The position numbers and the translations under genes are program-made. From NCBI GenBank assembly GCA_051882725.1, contig JBJESJ010000149.1, positions 142-64,141 of the forward strand: a stretch of 64,000 bases of DNA, written 5' to 3'. This stretch comes from Oscillospiraceae bacterium. GTDB taxonomy: Bacteria; Bacillota; Clostridia; Oscillospirales; Ruminococcaceae. The notes beneath the pieces are model-generated. The model had not been told where the DNA came from. It did no database searches and was given only the letters and a program-made list of their open reading frames with translations. Numbering within the stretch: the stretch's first letter is position 1; every line of letters starts with the position of its first letter. Positions 46,702 through 56,043 of this stretch are shown here, piece by piece.

Positions 46702-47160
46702 TTAATTGGGGTAATCGTTCTGTATCGACCTGAGATAATCGAGGAACTCCCGGGCGCCTGCCGCATTCAGAGAAATTCCCAGCTCTTTGCCGTTTTTCAT
46801 ATGGAGCATCAGCGTTACGGCAGGTCCCTCGGTGACGGTGTACACCTGATCTATCTCTCTGTAGCTGTAGGTGGCAGGCTTTGAGAAGAGCTGTATTACG
46901 GTGAATCTGTCCGCTCCCCAGAACCATGCATGCTTTGAGGCGGAAAGTCCCATCAGCACTGACAGCGCCGCCAGAAATACGAATACAAGAAATACAAGTA
47001 TCTCGGGCATTACCGCGAAATAAACGATGACCCCCGCTATGATGAGCACTCCCGCAAAGATGTACATGCCTATAGCCGCTGCAGGGCTGGACTTTATGCA
47101 GCCCTTTGCCTCATAATCTATCCTGCTGTCCTTTATGCCTTTTTCTTCTATCATTGTCAT
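46702..47160 (-). CDS. Small two-TM membrane protein of unknown function, embedded between pheS and pheT
   Basis: AAAIGMYIFAGVLIIAGVIVYFAVMPEILVFLVFVFLAALSVLMGL; 18 nt after the pheS stop and 54 nt before the pheT start. The start could be 47154. Confidence 0.55.
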   Translation of the reverse strand: MTMIEEKGIKDSRIDYEAKGCIKSSPAAAIGMYIFAGVLIIAGVIVYFAVMPEILVFLVFVFLAALSVLMGLSASKHAWFWGADRFTVIQLFSKPATYSYREIDQVYTVTEGPAVTLMLHMKNGKELGISLNAAGAREFLDYLRSIQNDYPN

Positions 47161-47178
47161 ATACCCCCTGTTATGTTA

Positions 47179-48198
47179 TCAGAACTGATTTAAAAATCTC
47201 TCGTCGTTCTCGTAGAGCATTCTCATGTCGGTGATGTTGAATCTTCCCATAGTTATGCGCTCCAGACCTATTCCGAACGCAAAGCCGCTGTAGACCTCGG
47301 GGTCTATGCCGCAGCCCTCCAGCACCTTGGGATGTACCATGCCCGAGCCCAGAAGCTCCACATAGCCCTCGCCCTTGCACATGGGGCAGCCCTTTCCGCC
47401 GCAGTTGAAGCACTGCAGGTCAACCTCTGCGGAAGGCTCTGTGTAGGGGAAGTGGTGGGGACGAAGACGTATCTTCGTATCGTTTCCGTAGAGCTTTTTC
47501 AGCAGCAGCTCCAGTGTGCCGAACAGGTCGCCGAGAGTTATCCCCTTGTCGATGACAAGACCCTCTATCTGGTGGAAGATAGGCGAATGTGTGGCGTCGA
47601 TAGCGTCGGAGCGGTAAACTCTTCCGGGAGAAATAATTCTTATAGGAGGCTTTCTGTTCTCCATTGTGCGTATCTGAACGCTGGATGTCTGTGTGCGCAG
47701 GAGCACGCTGTCGTTGATATAGAAGGTATCCTGCGTATCTCTTGCGGGGTGATGAGGAGGCATATTGAGCGCCTCAAAGCAGTAATGGTCGGTCTCTACC
47801 TCGGGACCGTCAACGACTTCAAAGCCCATGCCGAGGAATATCTCCTTGACCTCGTTCATTACCACGGTAAGAGGGTGGAGCTTTCCGAGCTCTGTTTTCT
47901 TTCCGGGGAGAGTAACGTCGAGAGCCTCGTCCTTAAGGCGTTTTTCCTCAAGGTCTGCCTTCAGCGAGGTGATGCGGCCCGTGAGTTTTTCCTCAAGGTC
48001 GGAGCGCACCTGATTTGCGAGCTGTCCCACGAGAGGACGCTCCTCTGCGGAAAGTCCGCCCATCTGCTTAAGGATAGCGGTAAGCTCTCCCTTTTTGCCC
48101 AGATATTTTACCCGAAGGTCATCGAGTATTTTCAGGTCGCCGCAGCTTTCTATCTGCTGCAGAGCGTCCTGCCTGATCTTTTCAAGCTGTTCTTTCAT
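47179..48198 (-). CDS. pheS: Phenylalanine--tRNA ligase alpha subunit
   Basis: HPLTVVMNEVKEIFLGMGF, PARDTQDTFY, RPHHFPYTEPSAEVD, GSGMVHPKVL, AFGIGLERI. Confidence 0.95.
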   Translation of the reverse strand: MKEQLEKIRQDALQQIESCGDLKILDDLRVKYLGKKGELTAILKQMGGLSAEERPLVGQLANQVRSDLEEKLTGRITSLKADLEEKRLKDEALDVTLPGKKTELGKLHPLTVVMNEVKEIFLGMGFEVVDGPEVETDHYCFEALNMPPHHPARDTQDTFYINDSVLLRTQTSSVQIRTMENRKPPIRIISPGRVYRSDAIDATHSPIFHQIEGLVIDKGITLGDLFGTLELLLKKLYGNDTKIRLRPHHFPYTEPSAEVDLQCFNCGGKGCPMCKGEGYVELLGSGMVHPKVLEGCGIDPEVYSGFAFGIGLERITMGRFNITDMRMLYENDERFLNQF

Positions 48199-48253
48199 GT
48201 TTTACCTTTCCTTTCTCTTAATACCGTTTCCCGCAAACAGGAGCTCGGTATAA

Positions 48254-48572
48254 TAAAAAAACCCGTTCCGCTTCTGAAACGGAACAGGGATTATCCCGGT
48301 TATACCACCTATCAGAAGAAACTCCGCGTTTTATACGATTTGTATAAAACAAGCTTTTATTTCCATGGCGGATAACGCTGCCTGCGTTCATGCTTACTTA
48401 TATTATAATATATAAAATGATGTTCGGCATGACCACTAACGGAGGAAATTCGGCGAAAGCTGCACAGCAGCTTCATGCGCCTGCGGAGAAGCTTTCAGCA
48501 TATGCTTCTCATCTCTGTACCGCAGGAAATTGCACCGCTTACTTTGTCCGGTCATCGTGTTTGATACTATAT
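48254..48572 (-). promoter_or_regulatory. T-box leader (Phe) with terminator/antiterminator controlling pheST
   Basis: Minus strand reads AGGTGGTATAACCGGG (T-box core; plus 48296-48310). Terminator follows: CCCTGTTCCG-tttcagaag-CGGAACGGG + T8 (plus 48254-48289). Stem I base is ATGACC/GGTCAT, with AGTA on the 5' side and GAATTTCC on the 3' side (Phe UUU/UUC at the specifier position; plus 48444-48451). Confidence 0.8.
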
Positions 48573-48578
48573 ATTTTA

Positions 48579-48607
48579 ATTATACATCAAAATTTTTTAA
48601 ATTGCAA
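48579..48607 (-). promoter_or_regulatory. Sigma-A promoter for the pheST T-box leader
   Basis: On the minus strand: TTGCAA (48602-48607), 17 nt, TATAAT (48579-48584). Confidence 0.6.
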
Positions 48608-48618
48608 GCATTTTGCTG

Positions 48619-48647
48619 TTGAAATCCAAAAAAAATTGTGATATAAT
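48619..48647 (+). promoter_or_regulatory. Divergent sigma-A promoter for the 48678 operon
   Basis: TTGAAA (48619-48624), 17 nt, TGaTATAAT (TATAAT at 48642-48647). Confidence 0.6.
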
Positions 48648-48677
48648 ATGTTTAATTTACAAAAATGAAAAGGAGTC

Positions 48678-49217
48678 ATGCAAAAAATGGATAATTTTCA
48701 CGAGTGTCTTGTGACGAAGAAGCCTTCGGGAGCGGATATTGCCAAAAAGATCGGCATCGCTCTGCTGGCTGTGCTGCTGTCGCTGGCGGTGATGATATTT
48801 CTCATGGCGATATTTCCGCTGAATATCTTTGCCGTGGCGGGTATTTTTTATGGGGCATACTATCTTTCGGGGAATTTCAGCGTTGAATATGAATATATTA
48901 TTACTAACGATGAAATGGATATTGACAAGATAATCGGCAGAAGAAAGAGAAAGCGTCTTATCACAGCGCCTGTGGGGAAATTCGAGCGCTTCGGCAGGAT
49001 CGAGGACGCGCCCGATCTTCCGAACGGATATACTACCGTTCTGGCTTCCGACGGTACCGATACCGCCGATTATTACTGCGATTTCAATCATCAGAGCTTC
49101 GGAAACGTCAGGATAATATTTACCCCCGATGAACAGATCATCGAAAATATCACCGAGCATCTTCCGAATCTGCTTAAGGCGGAGATGAGAAGGAACAAGC
49201 TGTCGGATAAAACCTAA
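48678..49217 (+). CDS. Membrane protein of unknown function (start 48678 or 48687)
   Basis: Two TM segments (IGIALLAVLLSLAVMIFLMAIFPLNIFAVAGIFYGAYYL), then a soluble domain EYEYIITNDEMDIDKIIGRRKRK. Confidence 0.55.
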   Translation: MQKMDNFHECLVTKKPSGADIAKKIGIALLAVLLSLAVMIFLMAIFPLNIFAVAGIFYGAYYLSGNFSVEYEYIITNDEMDIDKIIGRRKRKRLITAPVGKFERFGRIEDAPDLPNGYTTVLASDGTDTADYYCDFNHQSFGNVRIIFTPDEQIIENITEHLPNLLKAEMRRNKLSDKT

Positions 49218-49241
49218 ATACAAAGAACTGGAGTATTTGCA

Positions 49242-49616
49242 ATGAACAATCTTTACACGGGAACAAGTATTATCGAAATTGAAAGGATCGAAAAAAGTCT
49301 GAAAAACACAAAGTTTCTCGCGAGACTTTTTTCTCCGCAGGAGCTTAAATATCTTATGAAAAAGCATTTCAGCGTGAAAAAGACCGCCGAGATGTTCTGC
49401 GGAAAGCTCGCCTTCGTAAAGGCTATGGGGTACGATTTCAGGGGCTGTAAGCTCTGCGAGGTTTCCGTGCTTACCGATTTTATGGACACGCCCTATATCA
49501 GCCTTTCGGGAAACGCTAAGCAGAAATTTACTCAGAAGCACTGCAATATGACTCTCAGCGTTGCCAGCAGCAAGGACTATGCGACCGCTGTGGTGGTATT
49601 CTTTAACAAAAACTGA
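49242..49616 (+). CDS. acpS: Holo-[acyl-carrier-protein] synthase
   Basis: GTSIIEIERIEKSL, FSPQELKY, AGKLAFVKAMG, ISLSGNA; 124 aa. Confidence 0.8.
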   Translation: MNNLYTGTSIIEIERIEKSLKNTKFLARLFSPQELKYLMKKHFSVKKTAEMFCGKLAFVKAMGYDFRGCKLCEVSVLTDFMDTPYISLSGNAKQKFTQKHCNMTLSVASSKDYATAVVVFFNKN

Positions 49617-49637
49617 TAGTGTGAGGAGAAGTGCTCA

Positions 49638-52154
49638 ATGAAAATACTCGCCATCGACGGAAACAGCATTATGAACCGCGCCTTTTACGGGATAAAAATG
49701 CTTTCCAATAAAAACGGCATGTTTACCAACGCCATTACGGGATTTATGAACATCTATCTGAAGGTGACTTCGGATATCGCTCCCGAGGGCGTTGTCTGTG
49801 CATTTGATATGAGAGCGCCTACCTTCCGACACAAGGAGGTGTCCTCCTACAAGGCTAACCGCAAGGGCATGCCCGAGGAGCTTCATATGCAGATGCCCTA
49901 TATCAAGGAGATACTTACTGCGCTGGGAGTACATGTTCTGGAAACAGAGGGCTACGAGGCGGACGATATCTTGGGAACAGTCTCCGCAAAGGCTGAGGAA
50001 AATGGCGATGAATGTTATATCCTGACGGGCGACCGCGACAGCTTACAGCTTATTTCCGATAAGGTGACGGTGCTTCTTCACACCAATAAGGAGATCATTC
50101 ATTTTACCCCCGGGCATTTCCGCGGGGAGTACGGCTTTGAGCCTGTTCATCTTATCGACCTGAAAGCGCTGATGGGAGATTCCTCCGACAATATCAGCGG
50201 AGTCAAGGGCATCGGCGAAAAGACCGCAATGGGGCTTATTCAGAAGTATACCACCGTGGAAAACCTCTACGAAAAGCTTGCCGAGGGAGATAATGTGGGC
50301 ACGCCCTCCGTTGTGAAAAAGCTGGAGGCGGGAAGGGCGGACGCAGAGCAGAGCAAGTGGCTTGCGACGATAGTCCGCGATGTTCCGATAATTTCCTCTT
50401 CGGAGGAGACTAAGCTTGCCGACAGGGATAATGACAAGCTGTCACAGATACTGACTGAGCTTGACATGAACAAGCTAATGGAAAGACTGGATGTGGCTCC
50501 GAGCGAAAATGTGACCGTTTCGGCAGATATCTCCGCGATCGAATATACAGATGGCAGCTATGCCGCCGACAGGGAAGTTATCTTCGGCGGCTTATCGTCG
50601 TTTCTCCTTGAAGAGGATACTCTTAAAATAGTCTGCGGAGAGAAATATTATACAGTTACAGACAGGGCGGAGCAGCTTCTGTATTTCGCCTGCAATGGCG
50701 AGAAATATACCTTTTCCGCAAAGAATATCTACAAGCTTTGCTTTGAAAACAATACCGAACTGAAAAATATCACCGCCGACGGCGAGTTACTGGCATATCT
50801 TCTGGACGCGGGCTCCGACGAGTATTCTGTGGAAAAGTCTGCGGCGAGGTTCGGTATCCCAAAGTATGACGAAAAGGTAAAATACCTTCCGCAGCTGTGC
50901 GGGGAAATGCTCAAGGAAGCCGAAAAGCAGGGCATGACCTCGCTGCTGTATGATATCGAGCTGCCCCTCACCGAGGTGCTGGCTTCGATGGAGTATTACG
51001 GCGTAAAAGTCGATACAGACGGCATACGTGAGTTTGGCAACGGTCTCCTTGACGACATGGAGGCAGCCGAACAGCAGATATATTTCATGGCGGGACATGA
51101 GTTCAACATAGCTTCTCCCAAGCAGCTGGGAACGGTGCTTTTCGAGGAGATGGGGCTCCCTGCCAAGAAAAAGACCAAGACGGGTTATTCCACCAATGCG
51201 GACGTACTGGAAGAACTGCGTGACAGGGCGCCTATCGTTGACCTTATCCTGACCTACAGACAGCTTTCCAAGCTCAATTCCACCTACGTGGAGGGGCTTT
51301 TGAAGGCGGTATCTCCCGACGGAAGAGTTCATTCAGTGTTCAAACAGACCGAGACCAGAACGGGAAGGATATCCTCCACCGAGCCCAATATGCAGAATAT
51401 CCCCGTGCGGACGGAGCTGGGACGGAATATGCGTAAATTCTTCATTTCTGCGGATAATTACGTGCTTCTCGACGCGGATTACAGCCAGATAGAGCTGCGC
51501 ATACTCGCTCACATGAGCAATGACGAGAACATGAAAAGGGCATTCCTTGACGGAATGGATATTCATACCGCAACTGCGGCGCAGGTGTTCAATATGCCTG
51601 CGGAAATGGTCACCTCCGAAATGCGCCGTGCGGCAAAGGCTGTCAATTTTGGCATCGTATACGGTATAGGCGCGTTTTCGCTGTCCAAGGACATCGGTGT
51701 AAGCGTGAAAAAGGCGGACGACTATATCAATAACTATCTGAAAACCTACAGCGGCGTTGACCGATTCATGAAGAAGACCGTGGAGGACGCCGTGAATACG
51801 GGCTATGCGGAGACTATGTACGGCAGAAAGAGGTATATCCCCGAGCTTAAGGCGAGCAATAAGAATGTACAGGCGTTCGGAAAGCGTGCGGCGATGAATG
51901 CACCCATTCAGGGCACTGCGGCGGATATCATCAAGATAGCAATGGTGAGGGTATATAAGCGCTTAAAGGAGGAAAAGCTTGACGCAAGGCTTATTCTGCA
52001 GGTGCATGACGAACTTATCATCGAAGCAAGTGAGAAGGATAAGGAGAGAGCGGCGGTCATTCTGAATGAAGAGATGATGGGAGCGGCGAAGCTGACAGTA
52101 CCGCTGCCCGCGGACGTAGCGGAAGGCAGCAGCTGGTACGAAGCTAAGACGTGA
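49638..52154 (+). CDS. polA: DNA polymerase I
   Basis: 5' nuclease GYEADDILGT, GDRDSLQL, GVKGIGEKTA; polymerase motifs DYSQIELRILAH, RRAAKAVNFGIVYG, QVHDELIIE. Confidence 0.95.
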   Translation: MKILAIDGNSIMNRAFYGIKMLSNKNGMFTNAITGFMNIYLKVTSDIAPEGVVCAFDMRAPTFRHKEVSSYKANRKGMPEELHMQMPYIKEILTALGVHVLETEGYEADDILGTVSAKAEENGDECYILTGDRDSLQLISDKVTVLLHTNKEIIHFTPGHFRGEYGFEPVHLIDLKALMGDSSDNISGVKGIGEKTAMGLIQKYTTVENLYEKLAEGDNVGTPSVVKKLEAGRADAEQSKWLATIVRDVPIISSSEETKLADRDNDKLSQILTELDMNKLMERLDVAPSENVTVSADISAIEYTDGSYAADREVIFGGLSSFLLEEDTLKIVCGEKYYTVTDRAEQLLYFACNGEKYTFSAKNIYKLCFENNTELKNITADGELLAYLLDAGSDEYSVEKSAARFGIPKYDEKVKYLPQLCGEMLKEAEKQGMTSLLYDIELPLTEVLASMEYYGVKVDTDGIREFGNGLLDDMEAAEQQIYFMAGHEFNIASPKQLGTVLFEEMGLPAKKKTKTGYSTNADVLEELRDRAPIVDLILTYRQLSKLNSTYVEGLLKAVSPDGRVHSVFKQTETRTGRISSTEPNMQNIPVRTELGRNMRKFFISADNYVLLDADYSQIELRILAHMSNDENMKRAFLDGMDIHTATAAQVFNMPAEMVTSEMRRAAKAVNFGIVYGIGAFSLSKDIGVSVKKADDYINNYLKTYSGVDRFMKKTVEDAVNTGYAETMYGRKRYIPELKASNKNVQAFGKRAAMNAPIQGTAADIIKIAMVRVYKRLKEEKLDARLILQVHDELIIEASEKDKERAAVILNEEMMGAAKLTVPLPADVAEGSSWYEAKT

Positions 52155-52336
52155 ACGCCGCGTCGGGCGGTTGACGCGTTGTTAGTTTTAAGCTTAGGCT
52201 GCATTGATCCGCGGAGGTCCGCTCCGCCGAAAACGAACCGTGAATAGTCGGCAGATCGAAAGCCTATCCACAAAAAAGCAAATCTACATTCAAAGCAATC
52301 CGATAAACTACAGACGATACAAAGGAAGCGCATATC
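52155..52336 (+). repeat. Copy of the mosaic repeat family filling the polA-cls spacer
   Basis: CGGGCGGTTGACGCGTTGTTAGTTTTAAGCTTAGGCTGCAT (module 1 without the first hairpin). CTCCGCCGAAAACGAACCGTGAATAGTCGGCAGATC matches 58608-58642. A/C-rich tail runs up to the cls RBS. Confidence 0.75.
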
Positions 52337-53881
52337 ATGAAAGAAAAAAAGAAAAAAAGGACCGTTAAAAGTATCCTTGCCAGCAGAATGGTGGTCGTTA
52401 TTCCTGCGCTGGCACTTCAGATATTCTGGATAATCGTGCTGATACGCTGGCTGACTCCGTATTCGGCGGTTATCGGGACGATACTCTCTGCACTGGCGAC
52501 TCTTTTTGTGCTCTATCTTACCTCAAAAAGGGACGAGCCTTCCTATAAGATACTCTGGCTTATCGTGATATTGTCTGCGCCTGTGCTGGGCGCACTGCTT
52601 TACATCTTCTTCGGGAATAAGAAAACTGGCAGACCGCTTAAACGGCAGATAGCGGCGGCAGGCAAGAGAATGGGCGGACCTCCCAAACAGGAGACGGGTA
52701 TCATCGGGACCGTCGAAGCCGATGACCTTCGCATGTCCCAGACTATGGAATATACCGTCAAAATGTCGGGATTCCCCGTTTTTCGGAACGATTCCGCCAA
52801 ATACTACAAGTGCGGCGAGGACCTGTTCTTCGATTATATCGACGAGCTTAAAAAGGCGGAAAAATATATCTATATCGAGTATTTTATCATCGAAAGCGGC
52901 TTTATGTGGGATTCTATCCTTGAGATACTCACCGAAAAGGCGAAAAACGGCGTGGACGTCAGAGTTATCTACGACGACCTCGGCAGCTTCGGGACTCTGC
53001 CTTCAAGATATAATCTGGAGCTTATCAACGAGGGCATAAAATGCATGAAATTCAATCCCTTTATCATCTCCGTGACGGGGCGGTTAAATAACCGCGATCA
53101 TCGCAAGATAACCGTTATAGACGGCAGGGTCGCTTTCAGCGGCGGTATCAATCTGGCAGACGAGTATATCAACAGGAACAGCCGCTTCGGCTACTGGAAG
53201 GATATCGGCTACAAGATAACGGGCCCCGCTGTCAGCAGCTTTACCTACATGTTCGCGGAGTTCTGGAACGGCTTCTCGCTTGAATCTGTCCCACAGAAAT
53301 TCGTTGAGGATAGAAATCCCGCCCCCGAAGTCCCCGATGGCTATATCCTGCCCTACTACGATTCCCCCGCCAACTCCTACCACACCAGCGAGGTGCTTTT
53401 TACCGAGATACTGGCAAAATCCGAGAGGTACGCTTGGTTCTACACGCCATACCTTATTATGGGCGACGACCTGAACAATGCCTTTATCCGTGCGGCGGAG
53501 CGTGGCGTGGACGTGCGGATAATCATGCCCGGCATACCCGACAAGAAGGTCATTTTCCGCATTTCGAGAAGCTATTATCGCCCGCTTATCGAGGCGGGAG
53601 TAAGAATATACGAGTACACTCCCGGCTTCGTACACGCAAAAGCATGCCTGTCCGACGATGTGACGGGAACTATAGGCTCGGTCAATCTGGACTATCGGAG
53701 CCTGTACCTTCATTTTGAGTGCAACTCGCTGTTCTACAAGGCTTCCATTCTTGACGACCTGAAGGCTGACCTTAAAGAGTCTATGTCGAAAAGCAGGGAG
53801 ATATCCCTTGAGGATACTAAGGGGAATGTTTTCCATGAGATGGTGAATGTTATTCTTAGGCTGTTTGCCCCGCTGTGCTGA
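52337..53881 (+). CDS. cls: Cardiolipin synthase
   Basis: Two N-terminal TM segments and two HKD motifs: HRKITVIDGRVAFSGGINL and HAKACLSDDVTGTIGSVNLDYRS. Confidence 0.92.
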   Translation: MKEKKKKRTVKSILASRMVVVIPALALQIFWIIVLIRWLTPYSAVIGTILSALATLFVLYLTSKRDEPSYKILWLIVILSAPVLGALLYIFFGNKKTGRPLKRQIAAAGKRMGGPPKQETGIIGTVEADDLRMSQTMEYTVKMSGFPVFRNDSAKYYKCGEDLFFDYIDELKKAEKYIYIEYFIIESGFMWDSILEILTEKAKNGVDVRVIYDDLGSFGTLPSRYNLELINEGIKCMKFNPFIISVTGRLNNRDHRKITVIDGRVAFSGGINLADEYINRNSRFGYWKDIGYKITGPAVSSFTYMFAEFWNGFSLESVPQKFVEDRNPAPEVPDGYILPYYDSPANSYHTSEVLFTEILAKSERYAWFYTPYLIMGDDLNNAFIRAAERGVDVRIIMPGIPDKKVIFRISRSYYRPLIEAGVRIYEYTPGFVHAKACLSDDVTGTIGSVNLDYRSLYLHFECNSLFYKASILDDLKADLKESMSKSREISLEDTKGNVFHEMVNVILRLFAPLC

Positions 53882-53892
53882 TAATATGGTTT

Positions 53893-53924
53893 GCTCCCCC
53901 GTCCGAGGACAGGGGAGCTTTTTG
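53893..53924 (+). terminator. Terminator after cls
   Basis: GCTCCCC (53893-53899) pairs with GGGGAGC (53912-53918), then T5. Confidence 0.75.
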
Positions 53925-53959
53925 CAAAAAAACCTCCGCGCATCATCGAAGCGCGGAGG
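53925..53959 (-). terminator. Terminator of the convergent 3D-domain gene
   Basis: CCTCCGCGC (53933-53941) pairs with GCGCGGAGG (53951-53959); U-run on the minus strand (plus A-run 53925-53932). Confidence 0.8.
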
Positions 53960-53977
53960 CTGTTTTCTCTTATTTGA

Positions 53978-55261
53978 TCATTCTTCTTCGTCGAGTATGT
54001 AAATGGTAACGTTCTTTGCGCCCCACTGGATACATTCGTCGTAGCTCCACATGAACAGGTCAACGAGGATATCGTTCCTGCCTACCGAGCCGCCTGTGTC
54101 CGCTGCTATCGCATAGCCGTAGACCTCGCCGTCGTCCGCTACTATGTACATCTTGGTGCCGTAGGGGATAATATCGGGATTTACTGCCACATAGCCCTGC
54201 TGTACAGCCTTGCCTGTGGACATCAGCGCACCTTCGTTAGCGGTATATGCGCAGGACTTTCCGTGAAGAGCCTGTGTATACTTAAGGGGAACGTTGTTCT
54301 CATCGAGGATAAGCGTCTCGGGAACTTCAAACTGGGATACCGCGCTTACCTGTGAAGCGGGAGTGCCTTCGCCTGTGAAATCGTAGGTTCTTGCCTCAAC
54401 CGTGTATTCTTCGGCGGGCTCTTCGATGAAGTCTTCCTCGTAAACGTCGTCCTCGCCGTCGTCGTAGAGGGAAATATCATCTTCATAGGTCCCGTTGGCG
54501 ATGACCGTGTTTACGGGTTCAACGGCAACCTCCTCGCTTAAGAGCTTGGACTTCACATCTTCACCGTCCACTCTCTTTACGAGATATTTTCTTTCAAGTC
54601 TTCCGTCATAGCCTTCGGTAATTACCTCCGACTCGCCCAGAGGGAGAGTATCATCTTCCACATATTCGGTATCGGCGGGGATAGTCTTGGAGGTGGTTAT
54701 CTTTACGTATTCAACGCGCTGTACGGTGATGACCATATTATCGGTAAGAGGAGCGTCGAGGTCGGGCGTTACGATATCGCGGCTGCCCAGCTCTATGCCT
54801 GTTCTGTTAAGTGCGTCCTCTACGGTGCCGCCTGCGGTCACGTTGAATCTTTCGCCGTCTGCGCTGACGGTGACGTCATATGTATCGGGATAGGTATCAA
54901 ATGCGCCTGCATCGCTTACCGCTGTGCTGTATGCGGTGGAGCTCTTTTCGGGCACCGCGTCGGGGAGCTTTACAACGGGAACGCTGACAGAAGCTCTTTT
55001 TGAACCGGTAGCGGCTGTTTCTGCAGCTTCGGAAGCGGAGGAGCTTTCCTCTGTTGTGTACTTATATCCCGACAGGTCTGCGGGAGCCGCAGCGTCTTCG
55101 GGAGCAGCTGCCGCAGCTGCTGCGATAGATACGCATATTGCGGTCATTGCCGCTGCCGATAATACTATCGAGCCTATCCTGCGTTTTTTCTGCTGAAGCT
55201 TGTCGGAGCCGCTGAGCTCTACGACATTGTCTCGTATTTCGTTTGTGTTATTCTCTATCAT
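53978..55261 (-). CDS. Cell-wall protein with DUF348, G5 and C-terminal 3D domains (YabE/RpfB-like architecture)
   Basis: N-terminal TM anchor; NVTAGGTVEDALNRTGIELGSRDIVTPDLDAPLTDNMVITVQRV; G5-like TIPADTEYVEDDTLPLGESEVITEGYDGRLERKY; 3D domain GTKMYIVADDGEVYGYAIAADTGGSV...DLFM. Confidence 0.85.
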   Translation of the reverse strand: MIENNTNEIRDNVVELSGSDKLQQKKRRIGSIVLSAAAMTAICVSIAAAAAAAPEDAAAPADLSGYKYTTEESSSASEAAETAATGSKRASVSVPVVKLPDAVPEKSSTAYSTAVSDAGAFDTYPDTYDVTVSADGERFNVTAGGTVEDALNRTGIELGSRDIVTPDLDAPLTDNMVITVQRVEYVKITTSKTIPADTEYVEDDTLPLGESEVITEGYDGRLERKYLVKRVDGEDVKSKLLSEEVAVEPVNTVIANGTYEDDISLYDDGEDDVYEEDFIEEPAEEYTVEARTYDFTGEGTPASQVSAVSQFEVPETLILDENNVPLKYTQALHGKSCAYTANEGALMSTGKAVQQGYVAVNPDIIPYGTKMYIVADDGEVYGYAIAADTGGSVGRNDILVDLFMWSYDECIQWGAKNVTIYILDEEE

Positions 55262-55975
55262 ATTATTCTCCGTTTCGTTCTCGGGAAGCTGTGCTTTCCT
55301 TGCTTTTGCGGCGATACAGAATGCCCGCTGTTTTTCTGTCGGAGCATTCTGTATCTCATATATAAAATGCAGATTTTCTTCGGTAACAAGATACCGTTAA
55401 AAAGTTACATTTTGTAACTGTTGTAATTATAACGTAATTATTGGGGTTTTGTCAATCGTTTTTTGTAACCTCTATTTAGCTATTTTGTACACAAAAAATA
55501 AAATTTTGTGAATTTTAAAGGGCGGTTTACGCCTTTTGTGAGGGCTTGGCTTCCGGTTTTTCTGTGGATTTTTCACAAAAAGCTCAGACGCCGCTCGAAG
55601 TGAAAACGAAAAAGCTGTATTTTTTACAAGGACAGCACCATTTTACGCCGTTTTCAGACTTTTTTCAAATTCTTGTTAACATTTTGATAATTTCTTGATG
55701 TACATTATGCACAACACAAATGCGTTAAAAAGCTCCAAAAATATCGCATATGTAGAATTATTGGGAAATTAACGTAAAAATCAGTGGAACATTGTGTGCG
55801 GAGAGGTTTTGTAAATGCGCTGTATCCGCCTTATCATGAGGATATCTGCTGTTTTTGGGTATAATTATCATGGGCATTATCCGATATCCTTTCTTACAAA
55901 AGCGGTTACGAAGCATATCCAAATTGTAACCGATTTGTAATAAATTGCTCCGAAAAATAAAATTCCCATCAGCTA

Positions 55976-56004
55976 TTTACTTTTTTGAAAATATATATTA
56001 TAAT
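55976..56004 (+). promoter_or_regulatory. Candidate promoter for the small membrane protein/amidohydrolase unit
   Basis: TTTACT, 17 nt, TATAAT (55999-56004). Confidence 0.4.
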
Positions 56005-56043
56005 GTGTACAGAGGTATTGACCCCCGAAAGGAGATTTTTACA

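Noticed and set aside
46649-46927. A 92-aa minus-strand ORF overlapping the membrane-protein gene and the pheT start
   Set aside because: It is out of frame with two better-supported genes, Arg/Gly-rich, and has no RBS.
47332-48375. 347-aa plus-strand ORF
   Set aside because: It is antisense to pheS and the T-box leader, and it has no RBS or recognisable motifs. The same reasoning applies to the long antisense ORFs 8538..9425, 7690..8406, 41543..42517, 48657..49541, 53084..53836, 56763..57611 and 59302..60366.
52272-52280. A DnaA-box-like CTATCCACA in the polA-cls spacer
   Set aside because: It is a single 8/9 match with no cluster of boxes or AT-rich unwinding element, and it lies within a repeat-family tail.
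55262-55560. A ydaO-type (c-di-AMP) riboswitch upstream of the 3D-domain gene
   Set aside because: Reading the minus strand by eye, I found no ACCCGAAUCC or GGGGUGAAUC-type conserved segments, only a simple hairpin.
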